From Eledone cirrhosa (Eukaryota), in the NCBI GenBank assembly GCA_964016885.1, contig OZ024751.1:10230001-10294000 (forward strand): a DNA stretch of 64,000 bases. The letters run 5' to 3'. The position numbers and the translations under genes were made by a program. Below the pieces are notes generated by a model. That model was not told the DNA's origin. It did not search any database and worked only from the letters and a program-made list of their open reading frames with translations. How positions within the stretch are numbered: the first letter of the stretch is position 1; each line of letters opens with the position of its first letter. This document shows, piece after piece, positions 41,401-55,961 of the stretch.

Positions 41401-44400
41401 GTAAGAAGAGTAAGAAGAAGAAGAAGAGTAAGAAGAAGAGTAAGAGAAGGAGAGAAAGAAGAAGAAGAGTAAGAGAAGGAGAGAAAGAGGAAGAAGAAGA
41501 GTAAGAGGAGAAAGAGGAAGAAGCAGAGGAAGAAGAAGAGGAAGAAGAGGAAGAAGAAGAGGAAGAAGAAGAGGAAGAAGAAGAGGAAGAAGAAGAGGAA
41601 GAAGAAGAGGAAGAGTAAGAAGAGTAAGAAGAGTAAGAAGAAGAGTAAGAGAAGGAGAGAAAGAAGAAGAAGAGTAAGAGAAGGAGAGAAAGAGGAAGAA
41701 GAAGAGTAAGAGGAGAAAGAGGAAGAAGCAGAGGAAGAAGAAGAAGAAGAAAAAGAAGAAGAAGAAGAAGAGGAGGAAGAAGTAGAGTAAGAGAAGGAGA
41801 AAATGAGGAGGAAGAGAAAGAGGAGGAGAGAAAGAGGAAGAAGAGTAAGGGAAGAGAAAGAGAAAGAAGAGGAAGAAGAAGAAAGAGGAGGAGGAAGAAG
41901 AAAGAGGAGGAGGAGGAAGCAGAGGGAAAGAAGAAAGAGACTTTACCATTTTCGTGAAGGAAATGCGTAGCTTGATCAAGTTCAGCAACATCTCTAAATG
42001 ATGTCCCAATACGTTCCATCATCTTGTTCATTACTTGGATTCTGGGAAATATAGAATATATAGAGGTTGTTTGGTGGATACTGGGGGGGGGGGGGGGGGG
42101 GGGGGGGGCTAAGGTGGACAGGTAGACAGACAGGTAGATAGACAGACAGGTAGACAGACAGACAGACAGGCAGGCAGACAGACGGACAGACAGACAGGCA
42201 GACAGACAGGCAGGCAGACAGACAGACAGGCAGGTATATAGACAGACAGATAGAGAGACAGACAGACAGATAGACAAACAGGCAGACAGACAGGCAGGCA
42301 GGTATATAGACAGACAGATAGAGAGACATAGACAGACAGGTAGACAAACAGGCAGACAGACAGACAGGCAGGTATATAGACAGACAGATAGAGAGACATA
42401 GACAGACAGATAGACAAACAGACAGACAGGCAGGTATATAGACAGACAGATAGAGAGACATAGACAGACAGGTAGACAAACAGGCAGACAGACAGACAGG
42501 CAGATATATAGACAGACAGATAGAGAGACATAGACAGACAGATAGACAAACAGGCAGACAGACAGGCAATATGAAGCTGGAGGAGGGGGGGGGGGACTAA
42601 GATAGACAAGTAAACAAATGGACACACAGAGAGACAGGCAGACAGACAGGCAGTATGAAGCTGGAGGAGGGGGAACTAGGATAGACAAGTAGACAAATGG
42701 ACACGCAGAGAGACAGGCAAGCAGATACACACACACGCAGAGAGACAGACTGACTGACAGGCAGTATGAAGCTGATGGGGGGGGGGGGGGGCTAAGATAG
42801 ACAAGTAGACAGACAGACAAGCAGGCAGTTTTTTTTTAATTTCCTTTCATGATACACTGATCAGAGGTTCTAGACCAACGGTGACCCATGAGGTATCAGC
42901 TCACTGCCAAGATGACAAACCCATCATTCAAGTATTATGTAGAGAGCCAACAACCCACCCAAAGAAGCCTTAACCTGTTATGAAACTGATATCAGCTCTA
43001 CACACAATGACACACACATTGCTGAGCTAGGATGACCCCAGTTCCATCAAGCAAGAGCAAAGAAGAAGAAATATATCTTACAAATGTCTACCACCTCAGA
43101 TTAAGTTTGCTACCTCAGCTTAAATCTACCACTCAGCATTATGTCTACCAGCTGAGATTAAATCTATTACCTTAGATTAAATCTACCACTAGACATTATG
43201 TCTAACACCCTAATTTAAGTCTACCACATCAGATTAAGTCTACCACTTCAAATTAAATCTATCAGCCTAGATTAAGTCTACCCACTCCTCATTCCAGATT
43301 AAGTCTACAACCCTAGACTAAGTCTTGGGCCCTAGATTAAGTCTATGACCCTAGATTAAGTCTACCACCCCAGATTAAATCTACCAGCCCAGATTAAGTC
43401 TGCACCCCAAAATTAAGTCTACCACAAAAGATTAAATCTACTAGTCTAGATTAAGTCTACCACCCAAGGTTAAGTCGACCACCCTAAATTAAATCTACCA
43501 CACGAGATTAAATCTACTGCCCAAGATTAAGTGACCACCTCAAATTAAGTTTGCCACCTAACATTAAGTCTGCTACACAAGATTAAGTTTACCACCTCAG
43601 ATTAAGACTACCGTCCTAAATAAAATCTACCACCCTGCATTAAGTCTACCAGCAGAGATTAAATCTACCACCCCAGATTAAGTCTACCACCCAACATTAC
43701 CTACCTACCCACAACTTCTAGGATCAAATTTTAGATAATAAAGAAATAACTAGAAGAATAGATTTAATAATTGTCTCGAGGGACAAACCCCTTACTTGTA
43801 CAACTCTCGTGTTAATACAGGATCTTCTCCACTAACTTTCTTGTTTTCAGCTATTTCTTGTACAATTTCTTGTAAATACAAATATTTCTTGGGGATCTTT
43901 TGTTTCAGAAGAATTGTTTGTTTGCTTTCTGTGAAAAAGTAAAAAAATGGTTTCTGATTTATGCATGAAGCTAACAATTTTGGAGAGAGGAAAGTCAAAT
44001 AAATTGACCACAGTGCATTACTGGTACTTTGTTTTATCAACCCTGTAAGGATGAAAGGCAAAGCTAACTTCGGCAGGGTTTAAACTCAGAATGTAAAGGT
44101 AAAGGGACGTAACTAAGCCACAAAGCATGTTATCCAATGCTCTACTAATACCGCCAGAGGAGTAAAAAAAAATAAAGAAAGTTTTAATAAAAAAAGTAAC
44201 AACAAATTGTATTTAATATTCAAATCGAATTTAATATTTAAAATATTTAAATTGCATTTAATTTTTAAAATATTTAAATTGTATTTAATAGTTTTCTTTA
44301 CATTAAAATCCTGTTGAAATTATTAAAATAAAATTAAACCTTAAAAGAATAATAAAACAAAACCTATAACAGATGTGATGGATTGTCATCACCAGCATCA

Positions 44401-47400
44401 TCATCTTCACCATTTCACATCTATTTCCAAGCTTCCATTGGTTAGACAAACAATCACAAACTGAGACTAGACTGATCAAATAACCACATCTTGCTCATAT
44501 ACTCTATTTCTGACCTGGTTTCTACAGGCCATCCATTTCACAGCATTTATTGGGAAAATGTTATTGTTACTCTAGCACGACCTCTTTACAGGGTAGACTG
44601 GGGGACTATTTTTGTGACACCAGCACCACCACCTTATAGAGTGGACTGGGTGCTTTTTTCATGGATGACTATCTTACAGAATTGACTGGGTGCTATTTGT
44701 CATGGCATCAGCATTGCCACTATACAGGGTGGCCTGCATGGTTTAAAACATAAAATAACAGGCACATGGCTTAGTGGTTAGAGCATTGGCCTTGCAATCA
44801 ATTCTCAGACCAGGTGATGTGTTGTTTCCTTGAGCAAGACACTTTATTTCACATTGCTCCAGTTTACTCAGCTGTAGAAATGAGAAGATAGGGACCCCAG
44901 TCCCTATCATTCCACTGTAAAGTGGTCGTGGAGGTGCCACGGCAAAAAAAGCACCCAGCACTCACTGTAAATGAGGTTGGTGTTAGGAAGGGCATCCAGC
45001 TGTAGAAATCAAGCCAGAATCAGTTCCCGTCCCACCCTTGCAAGCAGGGAAAAAGCGGACGTAAAAATGAAATGATGATGATGATACATATATATATATA
45101 CTCTAAAGTGGTTGTGTAGGTGTCACGATAAAAAGCACCCAGCACACACTGTAAATGTGGTTGGTGTTAGGAAGGGCATCCAGCTGTAGAAACCAAGCCA
45201 AAACCAGTCCCGTATGAGCAAGTCATGGTAATTGGACAACTAATCTAACCCATGCTGGCATGGAAAATGGATGTTAAACAGTGATGATGATATATATATA
45301 TATATATATAAACAATGAGTTATATGCTTTATTGATGAGTATTCAACAGAGCTATGTTCATAACAGATAAGCATCTATAATAACGGTCCTTTTATCTGTT
45401 TAATATATCCCTATTAAGTTATATCCTATGAAATTTTGAGATTCTATTTCACATACCCATTGTAAGCTGACGTTGGAGGTTTATACTTTGGGGATGTCAC
45501 TATCTTATACATCAAATATTGTATTTTATCTGATGAAAGCATACTACAATTTAGTATCCTTGAAATCTAAACTATGATAAAGTAAGGAGTGTGGGACTGC
45601 ATCCAGAATATAATTTTTATCTCGTTTGTAAAATAAGTTGGATTATTTTGAATAAATAATTGTTTCTACTTTAGGCACAAGGCCAGCAAATACCCAGTTC
45701 ATTACTGGTACTTTATTTTATCGACCCTGTAAGGATGAAAGGCAAAGTCAACCTCGGCGGGATTTGAACTCAGATCGTAAAGGGACGTAACTATGCTGGA
45801 AAGCATGGCGTCCGACCCTCTACCGATACTGCCAATGAATGAATATTACATAATTTATCTACTAAATTTTGTGGCTGTTCATTAAATATATTTTATTACT
45901 TATTTAAAGATTCACTTCTTTAAAATTTTCAAATGCCAACACTTCCGGTTAGCGATCGCTTAAATAAACATTTCCGTCCCTAATTTTCTCCTAATGCAGT
46001 TTATATATAATATCGTCTTTTTTTAATGTATCATGGATTACGTTACTGATTACATAAGAGAGTGAAACGCAGTCTTCATACAATTTCTGTGTATATTGTC
46101 AATTACGATTTTATTTGATATATCATATCTACATGCGTATAATATCAATATGCACACTACACATGCTAGCAGAAAATCACCTGATGGGTGGTTTTTCTGC
46201 TAGTATGTATAATAAAATAAATATGATGCGATAGTGATATTTTCCATTTATTACTATTGTTAATAATATTATATATATATATAAAATTGAATATAAAAGA
46301 GAGATAAACACAGATATATACATATATGTGTTCAAATCGTAAGGGACCAGATTTGCTAGGGTGAAAAAAATACTAACTATGAACAATAGTCGAGTAAACT
46401 TGGCTGCTATTTTTAGTAGCATACGTTTTGTGAGACACGCTGGACACTGGATGCCATGTGCATTATTTTATACACGCACACCATTCAGTATTCTGAGATA
46501 CTTAGAAGTGAAGGGTTTACTAATTTCCACACCCACTGAAGAGCAATAGAAATGGTAATTCCCTGTCACTAAATTGCGAAACAGCATTACCAAAAGCTGT
46601 CTGGGTGTCTGATACTTATCGCAATTTCGGTTTGTATATTTTTTCTTAATTTATTCTGTTAAATTTAGTCTGACAAACCCTATTGTTCATAGTTCGTAAT
46701 TTTTTCACCCTAGCGAATCTGGTTCCTTACGATTTGAACACATATGTATATGTATGTGTTTATCTCTTATTTTCAACTAGCAGTGGTACCCGGCGTTGCA
46801 TGGGATAAGTATTTTGGAATGCGGGCCACCAACAGACCTAATCGTGGAAAAACTGCATGCCTGGACAATATGTAAAGAAAATAAACCAAATACTCTGATG
46901 GCTGGATAATCTTTAAGATTTTCCTCGATGAAGCAGGAAAAGTGCAGGTTTTCACCTAATGCGGGCCCTAGGGCATCAAGAAAATGAATTCTTTTTATGT
47001 GCATAATATGCCGTGAAATTTCGGGAAAATCGGCTAGACGTAACACCTCAAAAAAGTGCTAAAAAGCTGAAAAAATAAAGTTTTTCACCTAAAGTGGGCC
47101 CTAGGCCATAAAAAAGTTGGATTTTCTTTGCTCATGGTATGAAGAAGAGACTGACTAATACATAGTTACAATTTCAAGGAAATCGGTCTGACGTAACGCC
47201 TCAAAAAACCCTAAAAGGCTGAAAAAATGCAGTTTTTCACCCAATGTGGGCCCTAGGGGATCAAAAAGTTGAATTTTTTTATGTGCATAACGCTCCCTGA
47301 AACATAAGTAATACACATGTAAAGTTTGAAAAGTTGGGTACTTCTCGAATTTTAGGGATTCGAACTCACACACACACACACACATCCTCTTTTTTATATA

Positions 47401-49747
47401 TATAGATTATATTATACAGCCCAGAAAAATTTCTTTCCTTGAGCTATTTAATTGTAAGAGACTATTTTGAGTTTCTAACTCAATATATAACTTTGATATA
47501 TATATATATATTTTTTTTTTTGGGGGGGGGGGGGTCATTTTGGAAGCCTCAACAATGCAGATGGGTAAATCTCCGGGTAACAGAATCCGGTGGTGAAGAG
47601 AGAGATGTAAGAAGGAATGTAGAATGAGATGTATAGTGTGTAGAGGAACGTAGGAAAGAGCGTAAAATTTAAAATAATAACACGAGATAGAGTTACCTTG
47701 AGAGAGATTTAATTGTCCCTATATTTCGGATTTCGCATCCATCAACTGGGGGGTTTTCCGAGGGGAAAAGTTATCTGTCAGAGAGGAACGGTATGTGGCC
47801 TCTGTTGTCCACCGTTTGTGTGTAACTGAGATATTGTGTAGAGCGCGCGTGCGCACGGAATAGGTGCGGTCAAGCAAAGGTCGAGGCATCTCCTCTTTAT
47901 TGTGGGAGTGGGATGGTGCTAGCTGTCAGTACATTGTACTACCTATATTCAGTCTTTGTTACTGGTAGTGTAGTAGTCTGCCTGGTCGATTGTTGGTCGG
48001 TGGATGGTGGGGACGCTATACACACAATAACAATCGTTCGAATGCCACTGAGTGTGTGTGCGTGTGCTGTTGCCTCGTTTGTTTACACCAACCACCTCAT
48101 CTCACTTCTCTCGGATCGGTTATTTATTGGTGGTCCTGGCGTTTGATCCAAAGTGCTTCCATGATTCTTAAAGTGCCGACGTTGCGTTCTGTCGCTAGCA
48201 CTGTGACAATGGGCCTTCCGTCTTTGTTTCCGCATTTGGTTATGTGTTTCCGGAAAGACGAGGCCTGGTGTTGCTGTGCTCCTTGATCCGGATATGTAGT
48301 GGCCGGATTGTGCTACCGATATAGTAGTGGTTGCACTTGTCACATTCTACCCTGTATACAACGTATGTGCATAAGCAACAGTTCGTTTGACGCATCGGAC
48401 GGTTTCCGAGGGAACACGCGTCAGTCGATTTCCCGGGTTTCCTGGAGAGGCATCTGCGTAAGGAGGGGCCTGAGTGGGCTAGGTGGATATCGAGGCCCTC
48501 TCTCTCCGTATAGCCCTGCGGATAGCGTTGGTGGTTTTCTCACCCAGGTGCGGGATTTTAAGGAAGCACTTGCTTTGGGTGTTTCTCTGCCTCTTGCGTC
48601 TGGTGTTTCTTACTCTGTTTGTAAGCGAGGCTGGGTATCCGTTCATCTCCTGCACCCTGAGGAACCGCTTGGTATGGGTGACACCACGCACAGGATCGCT
48701 ACATCCGTTTTTAATTTGTGTGATCTCGTTCATGATGTACCCTCTTTTAGCACTGTTAGGGAGAGCAGACTTGTAGTGGACGAACAAGTCCCTGCAGGCT
48801 GCCTTGCGGTAGAAGTTGGTGTGGATCCCTCCCTGCTCCGTGATGTTGATTTGGAAGTCGAGGAGGGCAAGGGACCCGTCGTTGTTGGGGTGTTCAACAC
48901 TGAAATCAATATTCTCGTCCGTGTTGTTGAACATCTCATAAATTCCGCTCGCCATCTCCTGGGAAGATGTGAGGTTGAGGATGTCGTCCACGTACCTTGA
49001 GAAGAAGGCAACAGCATTGGGGTGGCATGTGTTGAGTGCCTTGCACTCGAGGCTGTCCATGTATGAGATCTCTAGCACACCCGACAGGCTTGAGCCCATG
49101 GGCAGCCCCGAGGTTTGCCGGTATGTTTGGTCGAGAAAACCGAAATACGTGTTGTCAACGATGACGGATAGGAGCTGGTGGATGTCAGTGGAGGTGAGCC
49201 CGAAGCAGTGTAGGTCGGTAGATTGAACGCGTTCCATCAGTATATCAACGGCCAGGAGCGTTGGGACGGAGGTGTAAAGAGTGACCTCATCAAGACATAC
49301 CTGTTAGCCTTTCTGGTGTTGGGATCCATTTGATGTAGGTGCTCCAACACCTCCTCAGAGCTGTTTATGTGTCCCGGCAAGGTGTTTAGTATGGGTTTAA
49401 GTATTCTGGCTAGGAGCCATGAAATTTTGTAGAGCGGTCCTTCCACGCTCGATGCAATAGGTCTGATCTCCAGGTCGGGTCCCTGTTTGAGTGTTTTCAC
49501 AAGGTGGTAGAAGGCGGGTGGTCTGCTGTTCCTCGTGAGGAGGTTGTATCTGAGCTTCTTCGGGAGCTTCCGCCGGTCACAGGTGTTGGCCCAGGCGGCG
49601 TTGATGTGCTCCTCGATCTGCACGAGAGTGATTCCTGTGAATTTGGAGTAGAGGTTGTCATCACCAAGGTGTTGGAGGGCCAGGGTGTTGTAGGCCTCTC
49701 TGCTGATGACGCAGAATTCTTTTCCCTTGTCGGAGGGGAGGTATATA

Positions 49748-49807
<60 letters not shown>

Positions 49808-52800
49808 AAATGAGTCAGGACCCCGATGGCTGAGCTCCGGCCATTTCGACAGCTAAATCCTAACAGAGAACTTTGGCGCGTTATTGTCCACCTGGTATCT
49901 TACCACATCTTCTTTGTTATATACACACACATATATATATATATATACATATATACATATTTACACACGCACATATATATATATACACACACAAACATAT
50001 ATACATATATAAATACATAGACATATAATAATACATACTTGGGTATCTTAGCTCAAAAGCTAGATCGTAAATACGCTGTAGTAGTTTTTTCACGTTGTTT
50101 CCCGTTATGTTGCTAACATTCCAAGCATCAATAACAATGGGAAGACCACATTTGTCAGGTTCCGGAACCATGTAACGGTCTTCAATAAGCTTCATCATTG
50201 TTTCTTCAAAATCTTTTGGAAAGCTACCACGAGTTGATCGGTTCTTAAGGACATCCAAGTGAGTGCCAATGATAATGACTGAGGAACCAGGAGCTTGCGA
50301 CTACAAATATATTAAAATATTTGACATGTACAGTGAAATTTCGTTATAACGAAATTCACAGATCGACCAAATCAAATTGAGCGTTTGTTTGTTAATAACT
50401 CGGAGATTGAAAAACAGTTGTTATACTGAAAAATTTGTTATAATTGTATTCATTATAATGGAATTTTACCTGTACAACTTTAGGTATATTCTATTGGAAT
50501 TGTTCTATTGTTTAACCCTTTAGCATTTACATTACTCTATATATACTGTTGTATTTTCGCAGTAAAGGCTTTATCTTATACAATTATCTCACATGATATC
50601 AAATCTACGAGATTTTGGTATTATTTATTTTGAGAACAATACCTTAACATCAGTATGAGGGGTCAGTTGGGGCTGGTTTGAACAGAAAGAGGTGAGAGAA
50701 TTCTAGCGGGATATGGCCGGTTTAAATGCTAATGGATTAAACTGTTACAATTGTAGCAGCAACACAAACACACACACACACACAACAAACACACACGCGC
50801 AAGTGCACAAGCACACACACACAGAATGTAAAAGGCTGTAATTATATGCAACAAAGCATGTAGTCTGATGCTCTACCAATACTGCCAATCAAATAATAAT
50901 AATAACAACAATGTTTTTTTATATTAACCACAAGGGTTGACACAAAGTTTAACATTAAGGACAACACAGGACGGTACAGGAGAACACAGGACGGGACAAA
51001 TGGGCATTTTTGCATTTAAAAAACGAAACATAAAATACAAACAAAGGATGTAACAGAAAAATGAAACAAACTAAAAATTCTCCAATAGCGGGGAGACTTC
51101 TGAGGGTTACTCATGGAGAAAGCCCACAAAAAGCCATGGTGACCCTGACCACCAGGGCAAGTGCCTCTCCCAGTTTTCCACTTCCAATCTACAGGTGCAT
51201 ACTCAGAGCAGGTTCGTTCACTTGGGCCATGCTCGCCTCTCTCATCTATCTTTCAACAAATTGCTGGAAAGGAAGCACCTCCCTTCCCTAATAATAATAA
51301 TAATAATAACAACTTACCTGAATGTTAATTAGCCACTGAAGCATACCATTAACACCTTCCTCACCATCTGAAATCTTCCAGATTACAAGGTAGAGTGATC
51401 GCTTCAGCAGAAAGTAGCGATGGGTGGCGTAGTACTCCCGCTGAAGAACATTTAGAAGAAGAACAACAATGAAGAATTATTAAAAGATGGGATGGTCATA
51501 ATTGGAACGTCTTTGAGCATATCTCTGCCTAGTCAGAGTTAACTAGGACCAAAATAACAACAATATCTACCACCACTGTAACACCCCCTCCACTATCGCC
51601 ACTTCACCACTACCATAACACCCCCCACCACTACCATAACACCACGTTACCCCTCCACCACTACCATAACACCACGTTACCCCTCCACCACTACCATAAC
51701 ACCCCCCCACCACTACCATAACACCACGTTACCCCTCCACCGCTACCATAACACCCCCCCACCACTACCATAACACTATTTTACCCCTCCACTACTACCA
51801 TAACACCCTCCACCACTACCATAACACCACTTTACCACTCCACCACTCCACCACTACCATAACACCACTCCACCACTACCATAACACCACTCCACCACTA
51901 CCATAACACCACTTTACCCCTCCACCATTACCATAACACCCCCACCACTACCATAACACCACTTTACCACTCCACCACTACCATAACACCCCCCACCACT
52001 ACCATAACACCACGTTACCCCTCCACCACTACCATAACACCATTTTACCCCTCCACTACTACCATAACACCCTCCACCACTACCATAACACCACTTTACC
52101 ACTCCACCACTACCATAACACCACTACCATAACACCACTTTACCCCTCCACCACTACCATAACACCACTTTACCACTCCACCACTACCATAACACCACTT
52201 TACCACTCTACCACTACCATAACACCACTTTACCCCTCCACCACTACCATAACACCACTTTACCACTCCACCACTACCATAACACCACTTTACCACTCCA
52301 CCACTACCATAACACCACAACACCACTACCATAACACCACAACACCACTCCACCACTACCCACTTCCACCATCAACTATAGTCAAAAGTTATGATACTAT
52401 GTAAATGAGGAAGTATTAGACCACCTTACCTGTCCACCCCCATCACCTCCAGTACACCACCACCACCAACAACAATAACAATATTCATATGTAAATGAGG
52501 AACTATTAGACCATCTTACCTGTCCTCCAAAGTCCCAGGTACGGAATGTAATTGGACCTTTTGTTGGTTTGTCAAGAATCACCTTCTCCATATCAATGCC
52601 AACTGTTGATAATAACCGGCCCTTTGTTGTGCCACTCCCTCCTATACGCTCCACCCAGTGCTGAAATTAACAGAGAAATTACTGGAATCATCATCATTAA
52701 CATCATCAAATTATCTCATCTTCATCAAAATTCTCTCACCATCACCATTACTATCACCAGCATCACCACTAACACTAACATCATCATCATCATCGTCGTC

Positions 52801-55331
52801 ACCGTCACTAAAGCCAACACCATCACCACTAACAATAACATCATCATCATCATCATCATCATCATCACCACTAACAACATTATCATCATCACCACCAACA
52901 TCTTCACCACTAACACTAACACCATCATCATCACCAACACCAGCATCGGCACCAACACTACCAACACTAACACCACCATCAGTATCATCATCATCACTAA
53001 CACCAACATCCGCATTATCACTAATATCACCAACATCATCACCATCATTAACACCATCACCACTTTCACTATCATTATCATCATCATCCTCATCCACGCC
53101 ATCTCTAACATCACCATCATCACCGACATAACCACCAGTCATTAAAACAAACCGACCACCATCAACATCATCCCTATCAAATCACATCACCACCACAAGA
53201 CTGTGAGGACCTTGACCAGACAGTGCTTCATGTTGTTCAGGATTGTCCCCTCAGACGTTTTCCTGGAGGCCTGGAGGCAATCTATAATACTACAAATACG
53301 CCTTAGTCTGGCTCACCAATCTCTATCTCTCTAACCATTGTGCATATGACATACACAAGAGAAGAACACCACCACAACAACCACCCTCATCTCCAATGCT
53401 AGCACCGATACCGTCACCAGGGCCAGACATTCACGTGCAGAGGCCCTAAGCTATAAAAATTTGGATAAAAAAATGTTTAAATAATTATCTAAGATTATTA
53501 CTTTTTATATTAATGTCAATGATAAAGAATTATATATATGTGTGTATGTATGTATGATGCCATAACTTCTGATAAAGTTGTAGAGGTGCCGTATTGACAT
53601 ACAGCATTTCTTGGCATTGTAGAGGTGCCGTATTGACACAGCATTTCTTGGCATTGTAGAGGTGCCGTATTGACATACAGCATTTCTTGGGCATTTTAAG
53701 CCTGGCCGAGCCCATCCCTCTCCAGGCCTGAGAACAGCAAATTCCTTCCTAAGAGAGGCAAAATTGACCCCAGTATTAGACTGGTACTTTTTTTTTTATC
53801 GATCTCAGAAAGATGAAAGGCAAGGTTGACTTTGATAGGATTTCAACACAGAGACGGAACAAATACCATAAAACATTCTATTCGACGTTCTAACGACTTC
53901 CAATTCGCCACCTATATATAAAGGTCTCGATCCAGTGTCATTGTCTTAGAGAGGTGTAGGTGTGCAAGGTCAGTTTTTATCACCTCATCCCAGGTTTTTC
54001 TTGGTCTACCCACTCCGTAGCTTCCATCAATTTTCATTGCTCTGCACTTTTTTATACAGCTGTCGTCCTTCATACACATCACATGTTCATACCAACGCAA
54101 CCTCCTCTCCAGAACATAACATAACCTCTTATGTTTAGTCTCTCTCTTAATTTGTTTATGCTTCGCCTTTCGCGCACATTACTATTACACTTCCATCGGA
54201 GCATGCTAGCTTCATTTCTTTCTAATCTATGCAGGTCTTCAGTATGCAATGCCCAAGTCTCACTACCATGTAATATCACCGTTTGTATACATGCATCATA
54301 CAATCTGCCTTTCATTTTTAGAGAAAAACCCCTTTTTCCATCCTGCTCTAACTCTGGCTACTAAGTTTCAGAGCACCCTCCTCCACTGCTGATTTTGTCA
54401 CTCAGGTAACGGAAGGTGTCTATTATTTCTACAGGACGGTGGATTGGCAGTATCGGTAGAGGGTTGGAGGCCATGCTTTGATGCATAGAGTTACAGCCCT
54501 TGCCATTCTGAGTTCAAATCCCGCCGAGGTTAACTTTGCCTTTCATCCTTACGGGGTCGATAAAATAAAGTACCAGTAATACACTGGGTAATTGTTGGCC
54601 TTGTGCCAAAAGTAGAAACAATTATTTCTACAGAACCATCTTTTATGTACCCATAGTTTCCATTTGGGACATAGAATGGAGTTTCTGCCTACTCCTTTCT
54701 TACACGCTGAGTATGGCCATTTCCCAGAGGGTACCTGTGCCCTATTCTTCTTTCTACATACTAGAACCTTAGTCTTAGACAAGTTGACTCTAAGGCCTTT
54801 TGATTCAAGGCCATGCTTCCATGTTTGGAACTTCCTCTCTAGTTCAGCCATGGATTCAGCTATGAGAGTTAGATCATCTGCATATAGAAGTTCCCATGGG
54901 CAGCCCGTCTTAAATCCCTCTGTTATACCCTGTAGGACAATAATAAACAGGAAGGGGCTAAGAACAGAGCCCTGGTGAACCCCTACTATTACGCTAAATT
55001 CATCACTATATTCATCGTTGATACTCACCTTCCTGACTGTTCCTCTATACATGGCTTGTATAGCTCTCACAAGCCATTCTTCCACTCGTAGTTTTCTAAG
55101 AGCCCACCAGATTAAGGTGCATGAGACTCTGTCAAAGGCCTTCTCCAGGTCAACAAAAGTTAAGTAGAGGGGTTTACTGTTAGCTAGGTTCTTCTCCTGT
55201 AATTGCCGTACATGGAAAAGAGCATCCGTGGTACTTTTACCTGGCACAAATCCAAACTGCATTTCATCTAGATCAATTTGGTCTCTAATCAGTTGAGTAA
55301 TAACACTTTCTGTAACTTTCTAGTTTTTCTA

Positions 55332-55392
<61 letters not shown>

Positions 55393-55923
55393 GTTTACAT
55401 ATACATAAAGTCATAGATATATATATGTTTTGCAACCGGTCACGTTGTGGCTCAATGAAGAATTAATAAATTAAATAATCAGAGCAATATATCATAAATC
55501 ATGTCCTTAGAATTATTAGATAAAATATATACCATTTCCTCTCCCAATTAGCATAATTAACCATATAAAAAATCAATGAGTCCGAAACTCTGGACATTTT
55601 CTGTTATTGGATGTCTTAAAATACGGACGAAACCATGGTAGAGATAATTACGGTATGTACACATTTCTTCTAAGTTTGAATTTACACCTAATTGTGCATG
55701 GTTGACGGTATATTTGGTCAGTTTCTACATGCTGTTGAAATGTTGGATAAATACTCTATCGTGGCCACCGCGAAGAGGCCGCTTTCGGTTATTTGTCGAA
55801 AATTTCTTCATAGGAGCCTTTATTCTTATAGCTTGGTCTAATTGATTTTTTATATGGTTAATTATGCTAATTGGGAGAGGAAATGGCATATATTTTATCT
55901 AGTGATTCTAAGGACATGATTTA

Positions 55924-55961
<38 letters not shown>

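Noticed and set aside
40949-42820. 623-aa Ser/Leu/Phe-rich ORF
   Set aside because: Simple repeats; only 41947-42041 is a real exon.
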